Under the pieces are notes generated by a model. That model was not told where the DNA came from. It was given only the letters and a program-made list of their open reading frames with translations, and made no database searches. A program made the position numbers and the translations under genes. From assembly GCA_040384905.1 (NCBI GenBank), contig JAZKIJ010000029.1:12495-48799 (forward strand): a stretch of 36,305 bases of DNA, given 5' to 3'. This document shows positions 8,601 to 17,218 of this stretch, in pieces. The stretch comes from Patescibacteria group bacterium (GTDB taxonomy: Bacteria; Patescibacteriota; Minisyncoccia; Phycocordibacterales; UBA918). Numbering within the stretch: the stretch's first letter is position 1; the number at the start of each line of letters is the position of its first letter.

Positions 8601-9225
8601 TGCAAAAGTCATGGCTCCCGCTATGCCGTTTTATGCCGAGTATTTATATCGTGCAGTTAAAGATGAGGGAGAAGCGGAAAGTGTACACCTAACTGCGTGG
8701 CCACAAGGTGGGGAAGTAAGTCTCGATCTTATTGAGAAAATGAAAGAGGTGCGTATGTTTGTGACGGCTGGTCTTGAAGCCCGCACTAAAGCCAATATCA
8801 AAGTTCGCCAACCATTGTCTGAGTTGTTTATTCGAACAGACATGCTGCCTGATACAGAGTTGCTTAATCTCATCAAAGATGAACTCAATGTTAAACAAGT
8901 AAGTTTGGATGGGGTAGAGAGTGGGGCTGAGGCCACCTCAAAAATCACCCTCATTACCGAGCTAACTCCAGAACTCATTGCCGAAGGTGCTGTGCGTGAA
9001 GTAATGCGGGCGGTCCAAGATATGCGCAAAGATGCAGGCCTTGAACCCGGTGACCGTATTGCTCTTATAATTGCAACAGATGAAACGGGGCAAGCTGCGG
9101 TTGAGTGTCATAAAGAACTTTTGCAACACACTGTCGGTGCGAGCACCGTTGAATATGGTGTAGCGTTTGGTACCACGGTAACTGCAGGTGAACATACGTT
9201 TACACTTTCGTTTGAAAAAATATAA
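5662..9225 (+). CDS. ileS: isoleucyl-tRNA synthetase (type 2) with an internal histidine-phosphatase-like domain
   Basis: 1187-aa ORF with GPPFATGTPHYGH, the editing block TTTPWTLPGN, WAVSRQRYWGAPLPIW, DQTRGWFYS and KMSKS. An extra ~190 aa (nt ~7240-7800) carry RHA..N, RTRETA, E and VVAHASS motifs. Confidence 0.9.
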   Translation: MNKQHGRENDSVAVVPETEKSDVATREELIQAFWLEHDIFNKSLATPAGDTAKGSYTFYDGPPFATGTPHYGHILASTIKDAVPRFWTMNGMQVDRKWGWDCHGLPLENLIEKKLGLATKRDIEEYGVKNFNEAARGAVMEYADYWKMAIPRMGRWADMEDDYKTMDSTYTESVWWVFSELHKKGLVFEGFKTMHLCPRCGTTLSNFEVNQGYKDIKDIAVTVKLPLLDEAGMVTNTSLLVWTTTPWTLPGNMAAAVHSDIEYVKVKVTTETGAEFFILAKERLSQLGDVSYTIEEEIKGSTLVGRSYQSPFSFLQNQDFDKTNAWKIWHADYVEVGTEGTGAVHIAPAYGDDDMQLAKANNVPIMHHVDTAGHFMPLVTEFAGRLVKPKDDDASGIDHKDTDIEILKSLQTAGKIFKKENITHSYPHCWRCDTPLLNYATTSWFVNVPAIKDALVANNAQVHWVPEHVGTNRFGKWLEGARDWAVSRQRYWGAPLPIWKNPKTGEYKVFGSLAELQQYIPQTGNTFYVMRHAQAHSNLGDAVIDAIPDEENPLTDTGREQCKVAAEQLKDAGITRIVHSGMQRTRETALAVAALLGLPESAVTVDTRITELQTGNAFEGKTWAEYNANYASEEEKFTKVIPGVENRYDLIKRAGAFLYDFNASHQNETVLVVAHASSTFALRCVAQGADHTRVIELKKEGYFGNAEVRPLPFTPVPHNDNYALDYHRPYIDEIELVDTDGTKLVRVPDVFDCWFESGSMPYAQHHFLGEGRADFEGTKFPAQFIAEGLDQTRGWFYSLIVLGTALFGKSPFENVIVNGLVLAEDGKKMSKSLKNYPDPMELVDRVGADAIRYYMLTSPLMKGEDLNFSEKEALELQRKNIGRLHNVLAMYEMFADGTKANPSSDNILDRWIVTRLNQIISEATAGYKSYELDKANRPIADYIDDVSVWYLRRSRERLKADDEADKALAIGTLRYILRELAKVMAPAMPFYAEYLYRAVKDEGEAESVHLTAWPQGGEVSLDLIEKMKEVRMFVTAGLEARTKANIKVRQPLSELFIRTDMLPDTELLNLIKDELNVKQVSLDGVESGAEATSKITLITELTPELIAEGAVREVMRAVQDMRKDAGLEPGDRIALIIATDETGQAAVECHKELLQHTVGASTVEYGVAFGTTVTAGEHTFTLSFEKI

Positions 9226-9809
9226 TGTCGTATCAGACGTATATAACAGAAGGTTTAATCTGCGGAAGTTTTGACTCCAATACTGCTGATAAATCGTACC
9301 TCCTGTTTACCAAATCGGCGGGGATGATTTATGCGTCGGCGCGCAGTGTGCGCGAGGAGAGGAGTCGTCAACGGTTTGCCTTGCAAGATTTTGGAATAGT
9401 GACCGTGTCACTTATTAAAGGGAAGACGGGGTGGCGGATTGGGAGTGTGCAATCGGAAGGAAACTTGTTTGCGAGCGCACCGAATCGATTGGTGCGGGGA
9501 AGTGTCGTGCGAATGTTTAAATTTCTGCGACGTTTTGCCGGTGCCGAAGAACCAGAGCCAGTCATCTACGATGAATTTTGCCTGGGGCTTTCGTATCTCA
9601 CAAAACCTGATGTAGAAAATCGAACCCTGATTGAGGAGGTGTTACAAGCCCGGATGTTGTACCACTTGGGGTATATTGCCGATACCGAGGATATTAACTT
9701 TATCTTTGAACAACCACTTCCAGTGGTAATTACGTCGGAGTTGTTGCTTCCATTGCTTCCACGATTAAAAACAATCACCGGCAATGCAACTACGGCCAGT
9801 CATTTATAA
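9225..9809 (+). CDS. recO: DNA repair protein RecO-like (short form)
   Basis: 194-aa ORF. The N-terminal OB-fold pattern (YLLFTKSAGMIYASARSVREERSRQRFALQDFGIVTVSLIKGKTGWRI) resembles RecO. Its start overlaps the ileS stop (TAATG). Confidence 0.55.
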   Translation: MSYQTYITEGLICGSFDSNTADKSYLLFTKSAGMIYASARSVREERSRQRFALQDFGIVTVSLIKGKTGWRIGSVQSEGNLFASAPNRLVRGSVVRMFKFLRRFAGAEEPEPVIYDEFCLGLSYLTKPDVENRTLIEEVLQARMLYHLGYIADTEDINFIFEQPLPVVITSELLLPLLPRLKTITGNATTASHL

Positions 9810-9826
9810 AGATAAGTGATATACTG

Positions 9827-11800
9827 GTGGATATTAGTATTATGTCACCGCTTAAAGATCAAGCTCAAATTGATGAAATTCGACGTCGTTTATACGAACG
9901 TGGAGCGCAACCGGGGGTCACACCCAGGCATAATTTATCAAAGGTAGCTGAAACTCCCCAAACGCGGTGGCCGGGACAAAAACCGTTACCGCAACCCGAA
10001 ATCTATCCTGCTGATCAACGCGGAGAAGTTCTTGATGAGCCAACTGTTGACGTGCATGAAGTTAAGGTACCCAAAAAGAGATTTAGGTTTACCTTTAGAA
10101 CGATAATGCTTATCTTGGCGCTTGGTACTTTTTTAGCGGCGATTTTATTTTCAAGTTTCTACATGCTGTTTGGAAACAATCAAATTTCCAACAAAAATAT
10201 TAGTATCAACATTAACGCCCCCTTAACTATTGGGGGAGGGGAAGTAATGGATATTCAGATATCGGTCACCAACCAAAATAAAGTCCCCATTGAATCTGCG
10301 GTGTTGATTGTGAATTATCCAGTCGGATCCAAATCAACGGATTTGCCCGCCAAAGATCTCTATGAAGAACGTATTACCCTCAACCGGATAGAGGCTGGTG
10401 AAGCAATTAATATTCCCCTCAAGGCCGTCATGTTTGGCGAAGAAAACCAAGAGCGACAAATTAAAGCCACCATTGAATATCGTTTGGTTGATTCAAACGG
10501 AACTTTCTACAAAGAGAGTGATCCGTTAACTTTTAAAATCAGTTCTTCGCCGGTAGTGATTCGCGTTGAATCAATTAAAAAAGTATCAGCGGGACAGGAT
10601 ATTGAAGTAAAATTGACCATTCAATCAAACGCGTCGACGCCATTAAAAGACGTACTTGTCACCGCCAATTATCCAACCAATTTTGATTTTAGCAGTGCAG
10701 AACCGACTCCTGTTTTTCGAGAGAGCGCTTGGTTGATTAAAGAATTACTCCCCGAAACCTCCACTACCATTGTGATTAAAGGGGGAATTCTTGGTAAGCA
10801 AACGGAAGAATTTCAAATTCAGTTCTCAGCCGGAACCGCCCAGCAAGATAATCAATTTATGATTGGATCGGTTCTAGCAAATGCCATCGCTGACTTTGTG
10901 ATTGAACAACCGTTTATTGATGTGGGGATTGGCGTTAATAATTTAACGACTGAAGTAGTGACACTACCAACCGGCCAAGACACGCAGGTTGAAGTATCAG
11001 TTCAAAACACATTGGATCAGACCCTCTACGATATGGCAGTTGAAGTGGCGGTTAAAGGAAATATTTTGGTACGGGAAAATGTGCAGGTAAACAAAGGGTT
11101 CTATGACTCGGTGAAAGATGTGATACGTTTTGACCCCTCAGGAGATAAAACGTTAGGGGCAGTCGCTCCAGGAGCCACAAAAAAATTCATCTTCACTCTA
11201 AGGCCCGGTGATCAAAAATCAACCCCATCATACACCCTGACTGCAAATGCGTACGCTCGGCGTGTAAACGAAACGAGTGCCACTGAACAATTAGTGGGTA
11301 CCGCCAAAACAGAAGTTAAATTTACTTCCTCGGTAGCGATAACCCGAACCATTGGCCGTAGCGTGCCTGGGTTTACTGATGTGGGACCAATTCCACCCGC
11401 ACCTGATATCAAAACTTCGTATACTGTTACATTGACGACCAGTGCCGGAGGGAATGATGTGACCGGTGGAGTGCTTACTACTTCTTTGCCCCAGTACGTC
11501 AGTTGGGAGAACCTCAGTAGTGGGGACGGCACGCTGGCTTTTAACCCGATATCAAAAGAACTAACCTGGACGGTAGGGGAAATTAAAGCCGGAGCCAAGA
11601 AAACCACCACTTTCCAAATCGCCCTCTTGCCAAGTCAGAACCAAATTGGTACAACTCCTGCAGTCCTCGGTACGCAACGATTTAGAGCGACTGACCGATT
11701 TACCAACCAGGTAATACGTGCCGAAGGGCCGCCCGCGAGTTCAGAATTAGGTATTGAATCTGGTTTTGAACAGAATAACGGTGAGGTGACTCGACCCTAA
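9827..11800 (+). CDS. single-pass membrane-anchored protein with a large repetitive beta-rich ectodomain, function unknown
   Basis: 657-aa ORF with a GTG at 9827 and a likelier ATG at 9842 (MSPLKDQ...). One TM helix (IMLILALGTFLAAILFSSFYMLF) is followed by ~550 aa rich in T/V/N/Q, with recurring 'xVxVxVxN' beta-sandwich-like segments. Confidence 0.6.
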   Translation: MDISIMSPLKDQAQIDEIRRRLYERGAQPGVTPRHNLSKVAETPQTRWPGQKPLPQPEIYPADQRGEVLDEPTVDVHEVKVPKKRFRFTFRTIMLILALGTFLAAILFSSFYMLFGNNQISNKNISININAPLTIGGGEVMDIQISVTNQNKVPIESAVLIVNYPVGSKSTDLPAKDLYEERITLNRIEAGEAINIPLKAVMFGEENQERQIKATIEYRLVDSNGTFYKESDPLTFKISSSPVVIRVESIKKVSAGQDIEVKLTIQSNASTPLKDVLVTANYPTNFDFSSAEPTPVFRESAWLIKELLPETSTTIVIKGGILGKQTEEFQIQFSAGTAQQDNQFMIGSVLANAIADFVIEQPFIDVGIGVNNLTTEVVTLPTGQDTQVEVSVQNTLDQTLYDMAVEVAVKGNILVRENVQVNKGFYDSVKDVIRFDPSGDKTLGAVAPGATKKFIFTLRPGDQKSTPSYTLTANAYARRVNETSATEQLVGTAKTEVKFTSSVAITRTIGRSVPGFTDVGPIPPAPDIKTSYTVTLTTSAGGNDVTGGVLTTSLPQYVSWENLSSGDGTLAFNPISKELTWTVGEIKAGAKKTTTFQIALLPSQNQIGTTPAVLGTQRFRATDRFTNQVIRAEGPPASSELGIESGFEQNNGEVTRP

Positions 11801-11829
11801 TACTTAACTTACAAACATTAAATTACGTT

Positions 11830-13218
11830 ATGACAAACCCCGACAGTACGACAAATAAAATGGAAAAAATTACCGCCCTGTGTAAGCGTCGGGGGTTTGT
11901 GTTTCAAGGTTCGGATATTTATGGGGGACTGCGGGGTACCTGGGATTTAGGTCCGCTTGGGGTTGCTCTTAATAACAACATCAAACGTGAGTGGTGGAAG
12001 ATGTTTGTAGATGGACGAGAAGATATGTATGGACTCGATGCGTCAATATTAATGAACGCCAAAGTCTGGGAGGCCAGTGGTCACACTGGCGCTGGTTTTG
12101 CTGATCCGATGCTTGAGGATACCGTGACAGGTGAACGCTTCCGAGCTGACCATTTTCTAAAAGATAACGGGTACGATGCGGAAGGGATGTCACTCGAAGC
12201 CATTGATGCGCTAATAACAGAAAAGGGAATTAAAAGTCCCAAAGGTAATCCACTGTCAAAAACCCGAACGTTTAACATGATGTTTGAAACTCGGATTGGC
12301 GCTACTGCCGGACCGGAAGGTTTGGTGTACTTGAGACCGGAAACAGCACAAGGAATTTTTGTGAACTTTAAAAATGTAGTTGACTCAATGGCGCCAAAGA
12401 TGCCATTTGGAATTGGACAGATAGGGAAGGCGTTTCGAAATGAAATTGCTCCCCGTGAATTTTTGTTCCGCGTGCGAGAGTTTGAGCAGATGGAAATTGA
12501 ATACTTCGTAAAAGAGGAAGAGTGGAAAGAACAATTTGAAAACTGGCGCTTGGCTATTTGGAATTGGTTTGACCATCTTGGACTTACGAGAGAAAACGTC
12601 CAGGAGCTTGAGGTAGCCGAAGGAGACCTCGCTCACTACAGTAAACGCACCATCGATTTTGAGTACAATTTTCCTGGTAAAGGCTTTGATGAGTTGGCTG
12701 GTTTTGCGTACCGAACCGACCATGACTTACAAGCGCACATGAACGCGAGCGGGGTTTCTATGGAATATATTGAATCAGACGGGACGCGCTTTGTGCCGCA
12801 CGTGCTTGAACCAAGTTTTGGGGTGGGTCGAGCAATAACCGCAGTATTATGTGAAGCGTATACGGAAGACGCAATGGGCGAGGATGGCCGAACGTTTCTT
12901 AAATTGCCAAAACACCTCGCGCCGTATGTAGCCTGTGTCTCACCGTTACTTCGTAACAAACCAGAGTTGGTAGAAAAAGCTCGGGGAGTGTTTTCTATCC
13001 TTAAAAAAGAGTTTGGAAATGTTACCTGGGATGACAATGGGAATGTCGGAAAACGTTACCGACGCCAAGATGAAATTGGTACCCCATACTGTATCGTGAT
13101 TGATTTTGACACCCTCGGAGAAAATCCAGAATTACTTGATACGGTCACCGTCCGTAATCGTGATACGGGGGAGCAGGAACGAATGGCTATTACGGAACTT
13201 GTAAACTACTTAAAATAA
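11830..13218 (+). CDS. glyQS: glycyl-tRNA synthetase (alpha2 homodimeric type)
   Basis: Motifs: ITALCKRRGFVFQGSDIYGGLRGTWDLGPLG, FRNEIAPREFLFRVREFEQMEIEYF and EPSFGVGR. The alternative start at 11860 (MEKIT...) is plausible. Confidence 0.9.
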   Translation: MTNPDSTTNKMEKITALCKRRGFVFQGSDIYGGLRGTWDLGPLGVALNNNIKREWWKMFVDGREDMYGLDASILMNAKVWEASGHTGAGFADPMLEDTVTGERFRADHFLKDNGYDAEGMSLEAIDALITEKGIKSPKGNPLSKTRTFNMMFETRIGATAGPEGLVYLRPETAQGIFVNFKNVVDSMAPKMPFGIGQIGKAFRNEIAPREFLFRVREFEQMEIEYFVKEEEWKEQFENWRLAIWNWFDHLGLTRENVQELEVAEGDLAHYSKRTIDFEYNFPGKGFDELAGFAYRTDHDLQAHMNASGVSMEYIESDGTRFVPHVLEPSFGVGRAITAVLCEAYTEDAMGEDGRTFLKLPKHLAPYVACVSPLLRNKPELVEKARGVFSILKKEFGNVTWDDNGNVGKRYRRQDEIGTPYCIVIDFDTLGENPELLDTVTVRNRDTGEQERMAITELVNYLK

Positions 13219-13254
13219 GTATAGTCTAATTTATAGATAGAAAGGAGGTGTGGC

Positions 13255-13680
13255 ATGCAGTTGCTACTGGGCAAGGTCAATCAAGAATCTAAAAAATTGA
13301 TATTCATGGCGCACATTCCTATAAGTGCACAACTCCATGATATCAAAACGGCAATTGAAAAAGTCCGATTTCTAAAAATCGCCGCTGAACGTTCCGGGTA
13401 CATCGCATACTCCACTGATGTGGCCACGTTGTTTGAATCTCGCTTGCATGTGAGTCTGGAGCTACAACAAAAACGCGAGCGGGAGTGCCATTTACTATCA
13501 ATGGGGACGTACGATGCTATCCAATATTCCGGAAGCGGTCTTTCCAGTGATCATTTGCAAGATATTGCTCGAGCGGCCTATTTTGGAGAAACGCCAGTCT
13601 ACTTAGATATACCAAAAGAGTCTTTGCTGGCTCAGTACATTATTAGGTTTAAATTTAATAAAGTGCAAAGGGATATATAA
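13255..13680 (+). CDS. hypothetical protein
   Basis: 141-aa ORF preceded by a strong SD (AAGGAGGTGTGGC-ATG) and followed by a terminator. No motif recognised. Confidence 0.6.
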   Translation: MQLLLGKVNQESKKLIFMAHIPISAQLHDIKTAIEKVRFLKIAAERSGYIAYSTDVATLFESRLHVSLELQQKRERECHLLSMGTYDAIQYSGSGLSSDHLQDIARAAYFGETPVYLDIPKESLLAQYIIRFKFNKVQRDI

Positions 13681-13714
13681 AGCAGCTGATTCAAAAGAAT
13701 CGGCTGCTTTTTTA
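13681..13714 (+). terminator. intrinsic terminator
   Basis: AGCAGCTGATTC-aaaa-GAATCGGCTGCT followed by TTTTTT. Confidence 0.8.
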
Positions 13715-13744
13715 TTTCCCACGCTGTGGTACAGTATTTTAACT

Positions 13745-15187
13745 ATGTCAGACAAAAAACCTCGCTATATCACCACCACCTTGCCGTATGTAAACGCTGA
13801 ACCGCATATTGGGTTTGGGTATGAACTGGTGGTTGCCGACACACTGGCGCGCCACTGGCGCTTACAGGGGCACGAAGTATTCTTTACCACCGGTACCGAC
13901 GAACACGGCCAAAAAATTGCTGAAAAAGCAGATAGTGAGGGCATCTCTAGACAACAGTATGTTGATACCTATGCTGCCAAGTTTGCGGAGCTAAAGGGGG
14001 CGCTCAATATTTCGAATGATAACTTTATCCGGACTACTGATGCAACGCATAAAGCCGCCGCCCAAGCTATCTGGAACAAATGTTTAGCTAAAGGTGACAT
14101 CTATAAAAAAACGTACAAAGGTCTCTACTGTGTCGGGGATGAGATGTTTCTTCGCGATAGTGATTTAGTGAATGGACGGTGTCCCAATCACCCGAATGTA
14201 GACCCGGTTGAAATTGAAGAAGAAAATTACTTCTTTAAACTTTCAGAGTATCAAACTAAACTGACCGAATATTTATCCGACCCCACCCGGACTCTGTCTG
14301 AATCGTACCGCACCTGGGCATTGCAGTTTGTAACGGCTGGACTTGAGGATTTGAGTATTTCTCGTAGTAAAAAACGAATGGATTGGGGAATTGATGTACC
14401 GGGGGATGATGAACATGTTATGTACGTGTGGTTTGACGCGTTGACCAACTACATCAGTACGCTCGGCTGGCCTGAAGACGCAGCTGGTAATTTTAAAAAA
14501 TTCTGGGTAGAGGGTGAGACGGTGCAGTTAGCGGGAAAAGATCAGGTTCGATTCCAATCGATTATTTTCCAGGCGATGCTCATGTCGGCTGATGTGCCCA
14601 CCACCGATACCATTTGTTATCACGGTTTTATTAATAGTGGGGGGCAGAAAATGAGTAAGAGTCTCGGCAATGTTATTTCGCCGTATGAACTTGTTGCACG
14701 CTACGGCACTGACGCTACGCGGTATTTACTTTTGCGTCACGTGCATCCGTTTGATGATACTGATATTACCTGGGAACGCCTCGATGAATGGTATACCGCT
14801 GATTTGGTAAACGGGCTGGGGAACTTAGTGGCGCGTGTGATGAAGATGGCAGAAACACATTTAACAGAGCCGGTAATTGTGACTGCACCTCCTGAAACTA
14901 TTCTTGGATACACTGATACATTTGTTAACTACTCACTGCAACAGGGTAGTGAATACATTTGGAAACAAATCGGTACGCTTGATGAACGAATCACTGCGGA
15001 TGAGCCATTTAAGCTGGTTAAGGTTGACCCCGAAAAAGCTAAAACCATTATTCGGGAATTAGTAACAACGGTACACACAATTGGCCATTTGCTTGCGCCC
15101 TACATGCCCGCCACGAGCGAGATTATTCTGTCTGCTGTACGAGACAACAAAAAACCCGATAACTTATTTGCTCGACTCGAAGCGTAA
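13745..15187 (+). CDS. metG: methionyl-tRNA synthetase (short form)
   Basis: Motifs: TTTLPYVNAEPHIGFGYE (HIGH-type), TGTDEHGQKI, a single Cys knuckle (CVGDEMF...GRCPNH) and KMSKSLGN. Confidence 0.9.
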   Translation: MSDKKPRYITTTLPYVNAEPHIGFGYELVVADTLARHWRLQGHEVFFTTGTDEHGQKIAEKADSEGISRQQYVDTYAAKFAELKGALNISNDNFIRTTDATHKAAAQAIWNKCLAKGDIYKKTYKGLYCVGDEMFLRDSDLVNGRCPNHPNVDPVEIEEENYFFKLSEYQTKLTEYLSDPTRTLSESYRTWALQFVTAGLEDLSISRSKKRMDWGIDVPGDDEHVMYVWFDALTNYISTLGWPEDAAGNFKKFWVEGETVQLAGKDQVRFQSIIFQAMLMSADVPTTDTICYHGFINSGGQKMSKSLGNVISPYELVARYGTDATRYLLLRHVHPFDDTDITWERLDEWYTADLVNGLGNLVARVMKMAETHLTEPVIVTAPPETILGYTDTFVNYSLQQGSEYIWKQIGTLDERITADEPFKLVKVDPEKAKTIIRELVTTVHTIGHLLAPYMPATSEIILSAVRDNKKPDNLFARLEA

Positions 15188-15188
15188 T

Positions 15189-15794
15189 ATGGGAAAAACC
15201 CCAATCGTCTTTATTCATGGTGGAGACTCGTTTGATACCACCGAGGAATTTTATAATTTTCTTCGGAGCTGCACCTATAATCCGTATGCAACCGAACAAA
15301 ATAAATGGCGAGATGGCATTAAGGATAATTTAGTCGAGACTCATGAATGTATCATGCCTCGAATGCCAAACTCAATGAATGCCGACTATAGAGCGTGGGC
15401 TATTTGGTTTGAAAAAGTCATTCCTTTTTTACGTGACGGTGTAATTCTAGTGGGTCATTCATTAGGTGGAGGCTTTCTCTTGCGGTACTTAAGTGAAAAT
15501 AAATTACCTATAACAATTTCCCAACTGCATTTAATTGCCGGAGTGATTGATGATCTGGATTGTCCAGGGGTAGGGGAATTTGGCATTGATATTACTCAGT
15601 GGTCGGGGTTTATAGCTACCATAGAAGAAATCCATCTGTGGCATAGTTCAGATGATGAATATGTACCATTACATCACACCGAGCGTCTCGCGAGTAAATG
15701 CCCACAGGCAATCACTCATTACTTTACCGACAGAGGCCACTTTCTCCAGCCAGAATTTCCCGAGCTGATACAAATAATTTCTCCCAAAAAATAA
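15189..15794 (+). CDS. alpha/beta serine hydrolase (YdeN/RBBP9 Ser_hydrolase-like)
   Basis: The ATG at 15189 is in frame in ORF 15081..15794 and lies 1 nt after the metG stop. Motifs: IVFIHGG, nucleophile elbow GHSLGG, SSDDEYVP and DRGHF (a Ser-Asp-His arrangement). Confidence 0.7.
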   Translation: MGKTPIVFIHGGDSFDTTEEFYNFLRSCTYNPYATEQNKWRDGIKDNLVETHECIMPRMPNSMNADYRAWAIWFEKVIPFLRDGVILVGHSLGGGFLLRYLSENKLPITISQLHLIAGVIDDLDCPGVGEFGIDITQWSGFIATIEEIHLWHSSDDEYVPLHHTERLASKCPQAITHYFTDRGHFLQPEFPELIQIISPKK

Positions 15795-15810
15795 ACTCAA
15801 ACATAAACCC

Positions 15811-15842
15811 ATTTAACCTTCCATTCGAATGGAAGGTTAAAT
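15811..15842. repeat. 32-bp perfect palindrome, copy 1 of the AACCTTCCATTCGAATGGAAGGTT element
   Basis: ATTTAACCTTCCATTCGAATGGAAGGTTAAAT is its own reverse complement. It lies between the converging hydrolase and TrpR-like genes, and its last base is the first base of the TrpR-like stop codon. Confidence 0.9.
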
Positions 15843-16255
15843 TATTTATGCACTAATCTTTCTACGATTTTCCATCCTTCTGAACTGTTTCCGTAATGGG
15901 GCAATAGACCACCTAAATGTAAAATTGAGTCGATGGTATCCAAAATAGCAAAATAATTTTTTTTCGATTTTCCTAATCTTTGTAAAATATGTTCATATCT
16001 TCCTGAGATTACACCAAATTTTATTTTGTCTGCCGTAGTTGGACTAATTTTTAATAGTCGTGATATCGAATAAAGTGATTTTCCCTCAATAATTAAAATA
16101 ATTGTTGCAAGTCTTTTTGCTACCATTATCTGTTCCTCTTTTCCCAAAATTTCACGTAAGATGTTATCTGACTCAGGGTTAATAAGATTAGAAAATTGTA
16201 AGAACAAATCGTTTAGCTGAATTTCAGTAAGCAAATTTTTATTGAGTCGTACCAT
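15842..16255 (-). CDS. TrpR-related YerC/YecD-like DNA-binding protein
   Basis: 137-aa ORF. ...EEQIMVAKRLATIILIIEGKSLYSISRLLKISPTTADKIKFG... matches the Trp-repressor-like HTH layout. Confidence 0.6.
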   Translation of the reverse strand: MVRLNKNLLTEIQLNDLFLQFSNLINPESDNILREILGKEEQIMVAKRLATIILIIEGKSLYSISRLLKISPTTADKIKFGVISGRYEHILQRLGKSKKNYFAILDTIDSILHLGGLLPHYGNSSEGWKIVERLVHK

Positions 16256-16270
16256 TTAAAAAGAATATCA

Positions 16271-16294
16271 AACCTTCCATTCGAATGGAAGGTT
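16271..16294. promoter_or_regulatory. 24-bp perfect palindrome, copy 2; candidate operator in the divergent TrpR-like/tatD promoter region
   Basis: AACCTTCCATTCGAATGGAAGGTT is identical to the core of 15811-15842. It lies 15 nt from the TrpR-like ATG (16255) and 24 nt from the tatD ATG (16319). Confidence 0.6.
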
Positions 16295-16318
16295 ATACAT
16301 GTGGTATTATTCTCCAAT

Positions 16319-17176
16319 ATGGATTGTAAATATATTGATACTCACGCCCATCTTAATCTCTCTGCTTTTTCGGAGGATGTTGAAGCGGTCATTGCTACGT
16401 GTGATGCGCAAAGTGTTGGGGTGATAAATATTGGTACCAAGGAATCAACTAGTGCTAAGGCCGTGGAGCTTGCGCTCGCACACCCAAATCTCTATGCTAT
16501 GGTGGGACTACATCCGATACAGACGGTGCCGCAAGCGCATGATGAAGATGAAATTGGTTTAGGAGGCGCACCATTTGTTTCAAAAGGAGAAACATTTAAT
16601 ACCGATTTTTACCGTAATTTAATTGCTACGAGTAACGGAAAAGTGGTGGGGATAGGCGAGTGTGGGTTTGATTATTATCATACCAATACAGATACCTATA
16701 TCACGCAAGAGATAGCGTTTATAGAGCAAATCAAGTTGGCTAATGAACTAAATTTGCCGCTTATGATTCATACCCGCGGACCCAAGCCTGGGGAGACTAG
16801 TCCTACCGGTCGCAGCGTCTATGCGGATGTTCAGGCAATTTTAAGTCAGTATGCCAAGGTTCCATTTAACGTGCATTTTTATGCCGGCACCTACGAAGAA
16901 GCCAAAGCATTTTTTGAGATTGGCGGCACTATATCATTTACCGGTGTTATTACCTTTGCCAAAGTCTATGAAGATATAGTAAAAGCGGTACCGCTTGATT
17001 TGATTCACGCCGAAACTGACTGTCCGTATGTAGCCCCGATACCACACCGCGGGAAGCGCTGTGAACCGTGGATGGTGCAGGCAGTCTATAAAAAAATCGC
17101 GCAGATACGCGGTGAAGATGAAGAAATGGTCCGGGAACAACTACTCCAAAACGCCCGTAGTTTGTATAAATTATAG
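16319..17176 (+). CDS. tatD: TatD-family metal-dependent hydrolase/DNase
   Basis: Motifs: MDCKYIDTHAHLN (HxH), GECGFDYY, MIHTRG and HAETDCPYVAP. The ORF track opens at GTG 16301, but ATG 16319 gives the canonical N-terminus. Confidence 0.85.
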   Translation: MDCKYIDTHAHLNLSAFSEDVEAVIATCDAQSVGVINIGTKESTSAKAVELALAHPNLYAMVGLHPIQTVPQAHDEDEIGLGGAPFVSKGETFNTDFYRNLIATSNGKVVGIGECGFDYYHTNTDTYITQEIAFIEQIKLANELNLPLMIHTRGPKPGETSPTGRSVYADVQAILSQYAKVPFNVHFYAGTYEEAKAFFEIGGTISFTGVITFAKVYEDIVKAVPLDLIHAETDCPYVAPIPHRGKRCEPWMVQAVYKKIAQIRGEDEEMVREQLLQNARSLYKL

Positions 17177-17218
17177 ATTTTTGTATAGTAAGGAGAGACC
17201 TGCAATAGGAGCACGATC

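Noticed and set aside
15081-15188. An N-terminal extension of the hydrolase ORF overlapping the 3' end of metG by 107 nt.
   Set aside because: The extension translates to an implausible sequence (MAICLRPTCPPRARLF...). The in-frame ATG at 15189, 1 nt after the metG stop, gives the canonical IVFIHGG N-terminus.
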